Part shown: positions 51,560 to 64,000 of the stretch, piece after piece | Position numbering within the stretch: the first letter of the stretch is position 1 | How the letters are laid out: each line of letters starts with the position of its first letter | NCBI RefSeq assembly: GCF_001194135.2 | Contig: NC_068982.1 | Location: forward strand, 66,651,073 to 66,715,072 | Direction of reading: 5' to 3' | DNA: 64,000 nucleotides | Source: Octopus bimaculoides | Taxonomy: Eukaryota | Made by a program: the position numbers and the translations under genes | Notes under the pieces: generated by a model | What the model was told of the DNA's origin: nothing | The model's input: the letters and a program-made list of their open reading frames with translations, nothing else | The model's database searches: none

Positions 51560-51942
51560 GGATCTTTTTTAAAACGGGGGCCACATTTTTCATTAACGAA
51601 ACACTTTGAAACTTGGAACACTGGTAGAATGTGTCATATAAAACATCTTTTTCTCTTAGTCTTCTTAAAAAAAAAAAGAAATCCATAAATTATTCCATGT
51701 TAAAGTTGTCGTATTTCTGTAATTTCAACCAATCACTGACGTCCATTCAGCCGATATACATTAAGTGCCGACTACATAAACAAACGATTCTGAAACAATT
51801 AACCCTAACCCTAGGGTTAGGCTTANNNNNNNNNNTCTATAACACAAAATAGATAAGTATACGAAGTTTGAAAGTCTTTCCGTACCAAAAACACTACGTA
51901 AAACATTAATGAAAAATGTGGCCCCCGTTTTAAAAAAGATCC
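51560..51942. mobile_element. Merlin-like non-autonomous DNA transposon, copy 4 (inverted relative to copy 3; internal gap)
   Basis: Same TIR, TSD ACGCCTGA (51552-51559, 51943-51950), and AACCCTAACCCTAGGGTTAGG at 51801-51821 next to the N gap. Confidence 0.93.
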
Positions 51943-52899
51943 ACGCCTGATTCTGGGTTCGATTCTACAACACGTCTTTTATCTTAGCTTACTGCCGACC
52001 AGTTATCTTGGAGTGAAATTTGATAGATTTTAATTGAAGTCCGTCGTGTGTGTGTGGGGGGGGGACGCATGCATTTTCTTTCTCGCCAATGGAAAAAAGA
52101 TCTAGTTTTAAGCCCAGAAACAAGGCTCTTTTTATTAGGTAACTGTTGCATGTAAACGCGTATACATGCATCCATATGTTTACATGCACAGTTGAGTGTA
52201 GGCGTGGATGTCGAATGTATGTGTATGTGTGTATGAATGAATCAATGAAAGTTCGTGGTTTCATTCGCATAAAAATACCCACGAAGTTCAACTGAAATTA
52301 TTTATCTCCCTTTACGCCAAAGTTTACCTTGGCATTTCATATTTTACTAGAACGATGAATTAAGTACCAGTTAAAGTACTGGAGATCGCTATGACGATTG
52401 ACTATAATTCCTTGAAGAATGTGTGAACGCAGTCTAATGATTGAAGCCAGTAGAAATAAAAATACGCGTTTACTTGCTCTAATACTGTTCGTCCTGATCT
52501 TGCTTTATGAAGATTTATAAAATAAAATCTTTTGTGTCCTAATATAATTAACAAAATAATAACTGCTAAAATGTTCAATAACAGCTCTCATATCATATCA
52601 AAATTAATTTAACAATGAGCTTATTGGTCTCAAAAGTTGACTTCTTGGAATAAATTCAGTTTTCAAAACTTGCGAAATTTTAATTTCGCTTAATTATTTA
52701 TTCAATTTGTTGGAGCATTTTGTAATGAAATAAAGCTAATTAATATTATTGTTACACTAAATATATTAATATTAACTTGTTGTTTATGCAAATCGGGCTT
52801 ATAAAAGAGCGGGTGAGGGTTTAGAACCAGCAAATTAACATCTTGTCCAAGGAACTAAGGGGCGGTTCATGAATATCTGACAGGTCCCTCCATTAAAAG

Positions 52900-54107
52900 C
52901 CCTTGTTTAAGACGCCTAGGTATTCCATTCATTTCCCAGCTCAACGAGGCAAGCTCCATTCTATGCTCGGGTCAAGGCAAAGAATGCATCCCCCCAATAT
53001 CAGAAGCGGGGCCCGACAGCATATGCTGGTTTACCCCCACCGCATCATACTGGTTCCGTATCCTTTTGAGCAACATCAAATTCACTCATCCGTCCACAAA
53101 CACTCTCCAAGTTTCCCTGTCTCTTACCTCTCTCATTCCAACACCTCTAGCCACCAAAGCTTTCCTCATCCCTTCCATCCATCCACACAAACCGAGGTCT
53201 GCCTCAGGTTCTGCTGCCTACCATTTCTGCCTTCATCACACTCCTTACCATCCGCTCCTCATCCATCCTCTCTTTGTGGCCAAACCACTTCAACATTTGT
53301 CTATCCATTTTGGTTGTTAGTTTTTCTCTCATTCCTGCTCGCCTTCGCACCTCCTCATCCTATCCACCCGTGTCACACCAACCATAGCCCTCAGACATCT
53401 CCAACATCTAGTCGCCTCCTTTCCGCCTCTCCTATTCCCCACATCTCTGCACTCTATAACATTGTTGGCACAATCATGCCCTCATACACACCTCTTTTCG
53501 TTTTCATACTCAACATTTTATCTCTCAGCATACCTTTCACAACTCCAGGTATCTTACTCTCCTCCCTCACTCTGTATCCCCCTTTCCTCAGCTAACCTCC
53601 CATCCGCTGTCACATGTGATCCCAGATACTTAAAAACACTCATCTCCTGTAACATCTCACATCCATCCAACCAGCCATTCCATGTCTCGAACATCTCACC
53701 ACCTTACTCTCAACTACATTCACTTTCAGTTTCCTCCTCTCACACACTCTTCCAAACTCTACCACCAGTCTCCTCAGTTGCTCTTCCGAATCCGCCACCA
53801 GTGCTGTATCATCAGCAAACAAGAACGGACTCACCTGCCATTTTTTTCCATTTTCTCCTACCATTTGGGCTCCCCGACCAAAAGTTGTAGCATTCACCTC
53901 TCTCACCACACCATCCATATATAAATTAAACAGCCACGGATATTTCACACAACCCTGTCTTAACCCCACCTTCACATCAAACCACTCACTCATTTCACCA
54001 CCCACCCTAACGCACGCCCTACCTTCTCTATAAAAACTCAGAATAGCTCTCAGTAATCTACCATCTACTCCACACAACCGCAACACCTGCCACATTGCAT
54101 CCCTGTC
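52900..54107 (-). mobile_element. 5'-truncated RTE-clade LINE (RT domain to 3' UTR)
   Basis: ORF 54095-53640: MWQVLRL.GVDGRLLRAI.SFY...VGLRQGC..PWLFNLYMDGVVRE...LFADDTALVADSEEQL.RLV.EFGRVCERRKLKVNV. After frameshifts it continues FKYLGSHV..., VYEGMIVPTML, KWFGH.ERM. Confidence 0.92.
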
Positions 54108-56539
54108 CTATAGTTCTGGGTATGACTATAAACTACATCCGGTAGTGGGACCCTAGGGCCCTGGTTTCAGGGTTTGAGGAGTGTGGAACCACTTCTTAGC
54201 CACTATTGTTCCCAGGTCTACTCTGCCCCTGAGTGGTAGCACCTGTAAGGGTCTCAGCTATGGGTTAACTAGTAACCCCGCCCCCTGCGACTGGTGGGGG
54301 GGATCGGTAGAATGAAATCGTTATATTCCCTGCGTAGTGTAAGAGGCGACTAAAAGGGGCGGGTGCGAAGGGACTGGGAATCCACTCCTAGTAATTTTAT
54401 ATTCCTAGAAAGAAAAAGTTTTATAAATGTATAAAACAATCTTAAATGGAATTGAACGAATCGCTGAATATTTTTATTAGAGTACATATTAATTTTTACA
54501 AAGAAAAAGTTGTTAGTAATTTTTAAGTTTTAGGTTTACTCTGTGTGTGTGTGTGTGTGTGTGTACATGGTTGAATAGTTAAATTTACTTTACAGTCACA
54601 AACGTTTCAGATTTCATCCTATTGTGCAACATCTTGAGCAGGTATTGACAAAAGAGGATGAGTTGATCCAAGGCTTGGAAGTGAAAGTGTGTAGACAAAA
54701 ACTGGAAACCAGTTGATGGACTCTATAATTCAGAAGAGGTCATCCTTATCATGCTCTCTGCCAAAACATTATGTTAAGTGTATGTAGAGTGTCATTTAAA
54801 CACTCGGCCACTTGTATGCCGATATAATGAACTAAGTACTTCCGTTGATTGAACAAATGCAATGCACATCGATCCATTTTGTTTCTTTAAATTTTATAAC
54901 CTGTATGTATGTATATAGGTGTCTCAGCTTATGTAAATAAACTTCCGTGGATAAGTAATTTTTCCACGCTTACAAGAAACAACTCGCAAGATCAATATTT
55001 ATCCCACAAAGAATATGTAGCTTTTCTAATAAAAACAGAAAGCATCAGTTGGGTTTAAAGATATTTTCCTGTTTCTTTCTTTTTTTTCCATCTCAAAACA
55101 GATGAGATAGAGAGATACATACACTGTCTTATCTATTTCTCTCTCGTTATTATATTAATGACACTAACCAATGATAGCAAGATAAGTCTTTTGTCCTAAA
55201 ACTGTTTTGTTCTTATTGATTCTTTCTAATGGAAACACTACATTAACACGAAAATAAATACTACGTATTAGATGGCCTTCGTTATAAAAGAAAACCGTTG
55301 ACTCCGATGATATAATAGCGTAGTCGTGCGCATGCGTCGAGAAAGTGATGTTCTGTTTGAAATAAATTGCAGTAGCATAAAAAAAAATTAAGATTTTTAA
55401 GTTTTTATCATACCCCAGCACCGAGGCATGGCTCATTCCTTTCTGTATCGGCTATGGTGTATTTTTACAAATTTTTCTGCGAGGTGTTATAAACCAGTTT
55501 CTGGAGCTTTAGCTAACGATCGCTGTTATTATAATGAATTATTAATTAGTTCTTTGGTTCTTGTGTTGCAAGCCACATGGCGGAAGGCATGGAGCACCGA
55601 ACTAGACACGTCACTATTTTTGCGTAAAACAACGACAGAATGATTTTCGATATTGTCTTTCGTTTTCTTGTTTTTGTTGTTTAGCCTCTAGGTTATTTTC
55701 TGATCCAGCTATTACCATTCAGCTATTTTTTCGGACATAGCGTATCTAGGACTACAATGTTCATTGGGTTTTTTTTTTTTTTTTTAAAGAAGACATTGTG
55801 ATTCGAGGGCGATTGGTTGCTTATTTCAGCACCTCGAGCGATCGGTTTATATTTGTTGTTCAACCCTGATCAAATGGATCTATGAACAAAAGCATTCCAA
55901 CCGTGACCATTTCGTCTTTCTAGAATTGTGAGATTACATTATCCAATGTCTCCTATTCTTATATTAAACGATATGTATTTTGAGTACGTCGGCTGCTATT
56001 TCTAGTCTATCGAGCGACTGCTCTCATTTTCATATAATCTCATTGGGGGTCAATAAAATAAGCACCAGTAAAGCATGGCGATTGTTCAAACGTTATATTA
56101 CTTGAATATAATTGTCTAATTAAAAAAATTATTTGGTGAGCCTTACTGGGCTCGAATAACAGTATTTATAGACAACCAGAAGGAGCCTTTAGGCAATCCT
56201 TTGACATACGAGAAACTCACACCACTTCCCCCACCAAAAAAACGTGGACAAGTTTGGTGATATAATGGGATAGTCATCTTTGATCATAGGTACACTCAAT
56301 CAGAGCTGACCTGGGGTTTGACAACAACAGCAATTTTTGATGGCATATAAGAGACACTTATACATGAAGTTTCTAAACATCAACCCCTATCCTATATGAA
56401 AAGTTGGACCTATATTACGTATTTTAATGCACTATAAACATATTTTTCTGTATATGCGATGCTGAAATCGGTTGGAGTGCATATAACATGCCCATGCTTC
56501 TTTTATGCCATCAAATGAGGTACTCTTATTATCTATAGT

Positions 56540-57500
56540 GTTAAGGGTAGCAAGCTGGCAGAATCATTAAGCACGACGAAAATGATTTAGCGGCATTTTT
56601 ACCTCCGCCAAGGAAGGAGGTTATGTTTTCATTGGCGTTGGTTTGTCCGTCTGTTCGTCTGTGTGCAAAATAGCTCAAAAAGTTGTGAACGGTATTTGAT
56701 GAAACTGGCAGGAAAAGTTAGTAATGGCACAAGGAACAGATGATGAAATTTTGGTAGTGATCCGGGAATTTTTATGGATTCTTGAAGGATTTTTCATTTG
56801 TTATATTTACATAAAGTGTTACGTTCTTTGATTATCTCCCTTGAAAGCACATCGTTTCCACGTAACCTATGGTGGCGTTGCTGTTCAGAGACAGTGTTGA
56901 TGACGACGATATTCGGAGTAGGATAAAATAATATCGGTGGTTATAATGGCGACAGGAGCCGTGTAATGTGTGATGGTGGTAATAGTGGTGTTGATGATAG
57001 TGTTAGTTGTGTGATGGTGGTATTGCAGTGGTTATACTGATTATAGTGTTGAAAGTGACTGTCAAGGTCACCGTCATGATAACATTGATGGCGGGGTATG
57101 TGGTTGAAGTGGAAGCAATGACAATGCTGCTGATGATGTTGGTGGTTGTGAACTGCTTCAGAGGATTCCTGTTTTTAAAGGGTTTTTTTTTTCTTGAAAT
57201 CATATGCCTGTGTTTTTTTTTATCCCCACTAAGGAGGTTATGTTTTTGCCGGTGTTGGTTTGAGAAATTAAGCGATTTTCAGCATGCGTGTATATGGGTG
57301 GAAATGAGCTGCTTGGCGGAGGCCTGCACTCTCCGAGTGATTTTCTAGTTTCCTTATGTTCTAAGTTTAAATTCTACTGAGGTCAACTTTTCCTCTCATC
57401 CTTTCAGGGTTGATAACATAAGTATCAGTGGAGTCCTTGGGTCGATGTAATTAATCCACTAGCCCTTATCTCCCATTCCCAAAATATCAGGCTTTGTGCT
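56540..57500 (+). mobile_element. SINE family C interrupted by a Helentron-like element
   Basis: The head at 56540-56596 resumes at about 57351 with ..TCTAAGTTTAAATTCTACTGAGGTCAAC. Confidence 0.7.
56597..57350 (+). mobile_element. Non-autonomous Helentron-like (DINE-1/HINE-type) element
   Basis: 11-bp subterminal IR CCTCCGCCAAG (56602-56612) / CTTGGCGGAGG (57312-57322), 3' hairpin CACTC-TCC-GAGTG (57327-57339), terminal CTAGTT and T-rich target. Confidence 0.8.
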
Positions 57501-57954
57501 TTATTTGCAGAAAGAGTTATCTGTAACATGCAGTCATAGGCTGGAGATACTTGCGGCCCGCGTGACTTTCTGAATGGCACGCTTAAACGAAAAATTGCTT
57601 GAATGTTTTTATTATCGTGATTCGTCTGACGGTGAGCCATGTCTCACGCGTCCTGCTTTCCGTAAAACGTTGCCCATTGCTGATCTGTAATGTCACTTGA
57701 CTTGGTGAAAAACTAAGGATGTATCTTAACAGTGAGCATCAACAGAGTTATTTAAAGATTAGCATTTGTAATGTGATAAGCAGGAACTGGGCGTTGTTAT
57801 CAACATACACACACATGTTTCTTTCAAAGAAAAAAAAAGAGAATAAATATTTTACACTAATCTCTGACTTTCAATACCGTATATCAGAAATGGGAAATTT
57901 AATGGCCTAAAGCGTGACCTGAAAAGAACTTGAGGAAAAAGTCATTCTACTGAT

Positions 57955-57957
57955 ATT

Positions 57958-58046
<89 letters not shown>

Positions 58047-58065
58047 CACACACACACACACACAC
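57955..58065. repeat. (TA)n(CA)n microsatellite
   Basis: Direct reading. Confidence 0.97.
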
Positions 58066-58264
58066 TTGTTAAAGCTTATTTTTTTAATTAATTCTCAAGC
58101 TTTGATTGCTTCTTCACGAGAGTGGACCTATTTGTGTGACCAATAAGTATCTGGAGGCTCAGAATCACCAATCTATAAATAAGAGATGGTCAGACCATAG
58201 ATATTCAAAACTTCCAATGTCTAAATTTGCGCAAGTGGAGCTCTATTTCACGGATATGATGTGG

Positions 58265-58635
58265 CGTGTACGACAGCTATAATTGGACCTACTAAGAGAC
58301 AACTACCACGTGGTTTCGAGATCAGTCCCGCAACGCGGCACCTTGGGCAAGTGTCTTTTACTATAGCCCCTGTCCTACAAATGCCTTGTGAGTGAATTTG
58401 GGAAACGGAAACTGTGTTGAAGCCCGCCGCGTGTGTTTATGTTCGTATGTTATGTTTTTTTTTTTGCCCCCCACCGCTTGACAACCGTTGTGCTTTTTTC
58501 TTTGTTTACATACATGTAAATTAACGATTCGGCAAAAGATACTGATAGAGTAATTAGCAAAATTATAAGATAATTGACGGTCACGGTAGTACTCCAGCAT
58601 GGTTGTAGTCCAATGAGTGAAACGAATAAAAAGAA
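58265..58635 (+). mobile_element. SINE family B copy
   Basis: GGCACCTTGGGCAAGTGTCTTT CORE-like segment and tail TACTCCAGCATGG. Confidence 0.85.
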
Positions 58636-58935
58636 CACATACATTTTAGTTTTATGCTGTTTGTCACATGGATTGAACTCGAAATCGCGTGATAGTGAAT
58701 CAAACTTAAACCGTAGGTCTTTGCTTGTGCCATTTTTGAAACAGTGATACTATGGTCTCTATAATGAACCATTTTTAAAGTTCATATGTGGTTTCGGTGA
58801 GCCGAATATTCACGATCCTTTCTCAGTAAGCCGGAAACTTCAATGCTCTCCACAAAATACTCTATCATGAACCAGAAGTGGAGCCTGTCTGTGCTAGAAG
58901 CAGCAGTCAAATCTTCATGAAGCCATATCCTACTG

Positions 58936-58974
<39 letters not shown>

Positions 58975-59233
58975 ATCAGCATCTTGGAGGCGCGGTTTGA
59001 AAAGAGAAATACAGAAATAAGCGTAATGGTCATGGTTGAAATGCCTTTCATCATAGGTCTGCTCGGTCAGAGTTGACTGAGATCAAACAATAAAAACCAC
59101 GTAGTTTACCATTTTCTTTATGGAAACAATACTTGTCTTTTCAACGTCGTGTTATCCAGTTGTTTCAATAACCAAGTTGTTTAATTGTCGAAGTTATCCG
59201 ATTCAATGTCGAATTATAATTTTGTTGATACGT

Positions 59234-59339
<106 letters not shown>

Positions 59340-61264
59340 TTTTCATTCATTCCAGGGGTGACAAGTTCAAAAGAAGCTATGTCCAGTCACTTAGAATAAA
59401 GTACTCAAAAGATAAGTCTAAGGGTGAATAAAAATGTTAATCCATAATCGTTAGTCAGACAAAATATATTTTGTCGGATAAGCGATTATGGATCTCTCCA
59501 CCCCCCTCTCTCTCTCTCTCTCTCCTTCGTCTCGGATCAAATACATGCAAAGATACACACTCCCAACATACAATACTCATGTTTTTGCTCTCTGCCCCCA
59601 AAATTATTAGACCTTAGGTTTGGAAATATCAGTTTATCTTATCAAAAGCGTTTCATCCGTGACTATCATTTCAGTTTGTTTGACAAAAAAGTCCTTCATA
59701 TAGGGTGTGATTAGAGTGAATTTGGCTTATTATTCAGCAGGTCGAGCGACTGCTTAGCGGCTTCTTTCTTGGCTCATGGCAATATCGATACTTTTTTTAC
59801 GACAAAGCTCTCACACTCCATTCTAGTATCAATGTAATTCTCTTATCTTGAATTATCATTAAGCATTGTTGTGTTGTCTCCGTTTAGCGTGACCAAGGTT
59901 GTCTCTTGAATTAATGGACGCAATTCACAGATTAATGCTTGCTCAAGGTCACACTGTTGGATTCAGACATCGAAGTACTGCAATATGTTTGTCTGGCAAC
60001 AGCTAAGCTACACATTGGATTACTGTACTGCTGTTTTTATTTAGTCTCATCCCAGCCCTGACCGAAAACGCTATAATCAAATGTATTTCAGCTGTGTACA
60101 TCTCATCAGATGACTTTTTTCCTTTTTGAAAAATGATATAGAATGCTTCAAGGGAAATTTTGCCTCTGTTTAAAAGCATTCTATTCTTGACTATTTAGTC
60201 TTTTTTACACTTAGCAACGCTCATTTTCTCTTTAAAAGACTAACAGATTTTAGCTGCTTTTCTAACTATCTGATCAAGCGATCTTACAGAAGCTCCTCGT
60301 AAATACATTATCGTCTCTCTACAATCTCCTTCCTTAATGCTCTTGTTTTTCTTGCAAGTGTTGACCTACAATGTTTTAAACAGAACATTAAACCCATCAA
60401 TATCGAATGGCCTATAAAGATCATAAGTAATGCTTCTTCCGGATTAAAGTGTACACGACGGACTTCTTTCGGTTTTTGTCCACCAAATACATTCACAAAG
60501 TATTGGTTAGCTTTAGGCTATTGTAGAAGATACTTGACCAAAGTGTCATTCAGTGGAAATGAACCTTGGAACCATGTGGTTGGAAAGCAAACTTCGTACC
60601 ACACAACCACGCCTGCACCTGTATGTAAATGTACATACACATATGAATATGATGGTAAACCGCTCGATTTCGATTATAGCAGATTTGAAAGCTTTTCAGC
60701 TGGGGCCTTCAGATGACTACGTAGCCCTAATTTGCTTAATTTTTTCTATCATAAAAAAAAGAAAAGAAAATTGAAAAAAGAAATTAGAGCTTGTGGTCAT
60801 CAAAGAGCCATAGCAGAAAACCTATAATTGTCGATATATTCCAGCAGCAGGTTTCATAAAATGATTTGAAATCGTGTTGAGCGCCATCATATACATATTT
60901 GTGTGTACATGCACACCTGTGTGTATGTATGTGTGTATACCGGTGTGCGTGTATGAATAAACACACGCACTCATATATATANNNNNNNNNNNNNNNNNNN
61001 NNNNNNNNNNNNNNNNNNNNNNNNNNNNNNNNNNNNNNNNNNNNNNNNNNNNNNNNNNNNNNNNNNNNNNNNNNNCAGAACCGCTAGCACAACGGACAAA
61101 ATAGTGGCGTTTCATCAGTCTTCTGAAATCAAGCTCCGCCAAGGTCGACTTTGCCTTTCATACTTTCGAAGTCGATAAAATAAGAACCAGTTGGGTACCG
61201 AGATCGATGTAATCAGCTAACCCCCTTTCCCAAAATATCGGAGCTTGAATTCATATTAGAAAGG

Positions 61265-61309
<45 letters not shown>

Positions 61310-62101
61310 ATGTGTGCATGCGTGTGTGTCTATATATGGAGGTTGGGAAACGATTTTGGTATTATTTAATCACCATTATACGTGTTTCATTTGCTGATAG
61401 GAATTACAAGTTTGTACATATAGGATAAACATGTAAGAAATATCCTATTAGAAATTGTTCAGAGAATCTCTGATGAAATAATACCAAAATAAATTGTTTT
61501 GCAATCTCCTGTTTTGATATATAATTTTACTGCAAACAATATTTCCAGAATGTTCAACTCTAATGCATACCTCACGGATATAAGAAATTATAACATTGGG
61601 AAAAACAGATGTACTTCAAGAGTGACACAGCTTGAATTGTAACCCTATTCATATACGCATATACATGTCTGTATATACATATTCCTATTAACATTGTTTC
61701 CTGTACGCTGACTTCATTAATTAAATAACTATCATTTGGAATGTCGAAAATATCTGGGCTAAGTGATTTTCATAACCAGTTAACAATATCTCAACCGCCC
61801 TGCATGCTTTTTCCTTGATCATCATTTCTTTAAGTATCAAAATATCATTGGTAAACTGTGAGATAGGGTGGGTTGTGAGGGGTTGTTTTTAAGAATATCC
61901 TTTGTAATAAAAATTTTTATAACTCAGCATAAGTGCATGCTTGGCTTTTCACACACGGGTTTCGAGTTCAGTCTCACTGCACGGCATCTCGGGGAAAGTG
62001 TTTTCAACGATGTTCCGGCCAATGTCTTGTGAGTGAATTTGCTCCACGGAAACTGTGTGGAGGTTCGCCGTGTATCTCTGTGTGTGTGTACGTGCGTGCG
62101 C

Positions 62102-62179
62102 AACGAGTTAAAGGTAATTGCAACAATATCCTACTTTATCAAACGAGTAAAAGGTAATTGCAACAATATCCTACTTTAT
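62102..62179. repeat. 40-bp tandem duplication
   Basis: AACGAGT(T/A)AAAGGTAATTGCAACAATATCCTACTTTAT, two copies. Confidence 0.95.
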
Positions 62180-62449
62180 GAGTATGTGATCAAGCAGATC
62201 GATAGACAATATGCTTTCCAACCGCGACCATCTTGCCTTTTCAGTTATGCTGTATTTGGGACTACATTATCCAATATATACTTGCTTCCCCCNNNNNNNN
62301 NNTAACAAAGCAAGATATCATTTGAAGAGTAATTTGACTTTTGTTCCTGACGGGACGTGCGACTCTCGTTAGTTCGTCCTGAGATATGTTTCAGCCAGGT
62401 GTTGTTCTGGCCCTGACTAACTCCATAGCGTCAACTGGGCAGTTTATCT

Positions 62450-62840
62450 TCTATTTGTTTCAGTCATTGAACTGCAGTCATACTGGAACATCGCCTTCAA
62501 TGGTTGAGGCTAACATATCGTCCCTCGCCCAGTATATAATTTTCGTTTTTAGTCTGGTACTTATTCTAAAGGTCACTTTTGCCGAACCGTTACGTTACAA
62601 GGATGTAAAAAAAAAAAAGAATACCTGTTGTCAAATGGTGGAGTGGTAGACACACACATACATATACACACACGCACGCATGCATACACACACTTTCTGT
62701 CTACCAAATTCCCTTTCAAAGCATTGGTCAACCCGAGACTATAGTAGAAGACATTTGTCCTAGGTGCTGCGCCGTGGGGTTGAACCCAAAACAACGTAGT
62801 TGCAAAGTAAGCTCGTTTTAACGACAGAGTCATGGCTGTG
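62450..62840 (-). mobile_element. SINE family B copy
   Basis: Tail TTCAGTCATTGAACTGCAG.., GCCGAACCGTTACGTTAC, central microsatellite and head. Confidence 0.8.
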
Positions 62841-64000
62841 TGGTTATAACCTAAAATTCTTTACTTTTACCTAATTTGAGCGTAAAGATAGTGATCAAAG
62901 AAACATTAGTAAATAAATACAGGTAAATCATTTGGTGGATGTTGGAATGATGTTGAATTGGCCAGGACTAGCTGAGATAAAATGGTTGTCGATTGTGTCG
63001 GTTTTGATTTTTTTTAACGATACCAGATCTCAACTCTTGGGTAATTTTAAAATTATATATTTCCTATGTCGTAAAGATACATTTTGCTCTGCATCTCACC
63101 AGTGTTATATAACATTATAAAACGATCTTGTCTTTGTTGAACATCTCGAAGCTCATTAGATTTAACTTGCAACTCTTTAACGAGAAAGATTTTACAGGAA
63201 AGAACAAAATGTATACTAATTTAAGATTTTTGTTATACACACTTTCATAACATTATACTAAGGCACCAGATGCTTAATGTTAAACAAGTCTCTTTAACAC
63301 TTGTATATTTTAGTTAACTTTTTTTCTTTTTGTTAATGTATTAGAGCTGATACGTTGACGAAACAAGCTTCACCTAGAGCTGATAATAATAGCATTCTGA
63401 AATTTTCAAATGTCAGTTTATGAGAGATGTTCCAGTTATATAATGTTAAAATGTCTTTGACTAGTCTAAGTGCTATTCTGAAGTCTGGTCTATAATGCTA
63501 ACCTTTTATCTCTAGCTTACATTAAACTAAACAAATTGTGATTTATTCTTTCCAAGTAGACTTGTATCCAATAACGTGCTTATGAAAAGAGTATATAATT
63601 TATTTTCCTCTCCCCTTCTCGTTCTCCCTTTTTATTGCCACCGTCTCTGTCTGCCCGTCACTCACACTCCTCTCTCTCCTTCCGCCCTTCACTCACACTC
63701 CTATCTCTCTCCTTCCTTTTCCTCTCTCCTACGCCTCTCTGTCACAAAATAACTATTACCCTGCTATTATACCACTTATCTGAGAGGGAATAAGAGGGTA
63801 AAAGTATACAAACAATATCCTAAACAAATCTAAATATGACCTTTTAAATTTAGTTTTTGTCTGTGTTTATAGGACCGACATTTTCTTCATGGATTTTTGT
63901 TATTCAGCTCTGATAAATTGAAGAAACTTGAGTTCTTTTTTTCATCCAAACACCAGAATTAGCCAGGCAAACAGTAGGTTTTACATTTTTTTAAATTTAG

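Noticed and set aside
52903-53924. Plus-strand ORFs of 230 and 142 aa
   Set aside because: Antisense shadows of the RTE coding strand.
57003-57348. Hydrophobic or Thr-rich ORFs resembling membrane proteins
   Set aside because: They come from a GAT/GGT low-complexity tract inside the Helentron-like element.
60075-60115. Minus-strand CUGAUGA...GAAA spacing resembling a hammerhead
   Set aside because: Stems II, III and I do not pair, and it lies in a common degenerate repeat.

Overview
This is AT-rich, repeat-dense animal genomic DNA from a draft assembly with 9 N-gaps. The SINE families look like those of octopus/coleoid cephalopods; that is my recollection, not a database result. There is no rRNA, CRISPR array or credible tRNA gene. 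Almost all of the window is transposon debris: tRNA-headed SINEs, Penelope, Dong/R4 and RTE LINE fragments, hAT, pogo/Tc-like, Merlin-like and Helentron-like elements, and microsatellites. Three things stand out. (1) One intact, uninterrupted 339-aa ORF (13378-12359, minus strand) consists only of 3-4 tandem, divergent PABC/MLLE-like domains, with no RRM or HECT domain. (2) A 515-bp non-coding insertion (4806-5320) with a 10-bp target duplication splits an old hAT transposase and carries two tandem type I hammerhead-ribozyme motifs 302 nt apart, like a retrozyme or Penelope pLTR. (3) Four copies of a non-autonomous, Merlin-like DNA transposon (GGATC ends; 8-bp TSDs in three copies) carry a telomere-like (TTAGGG) core between inner inverted repeats, and the core points in opposite directions in the two subfamilies. 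All assignments come from reading the sequence by eye; no searches were run.
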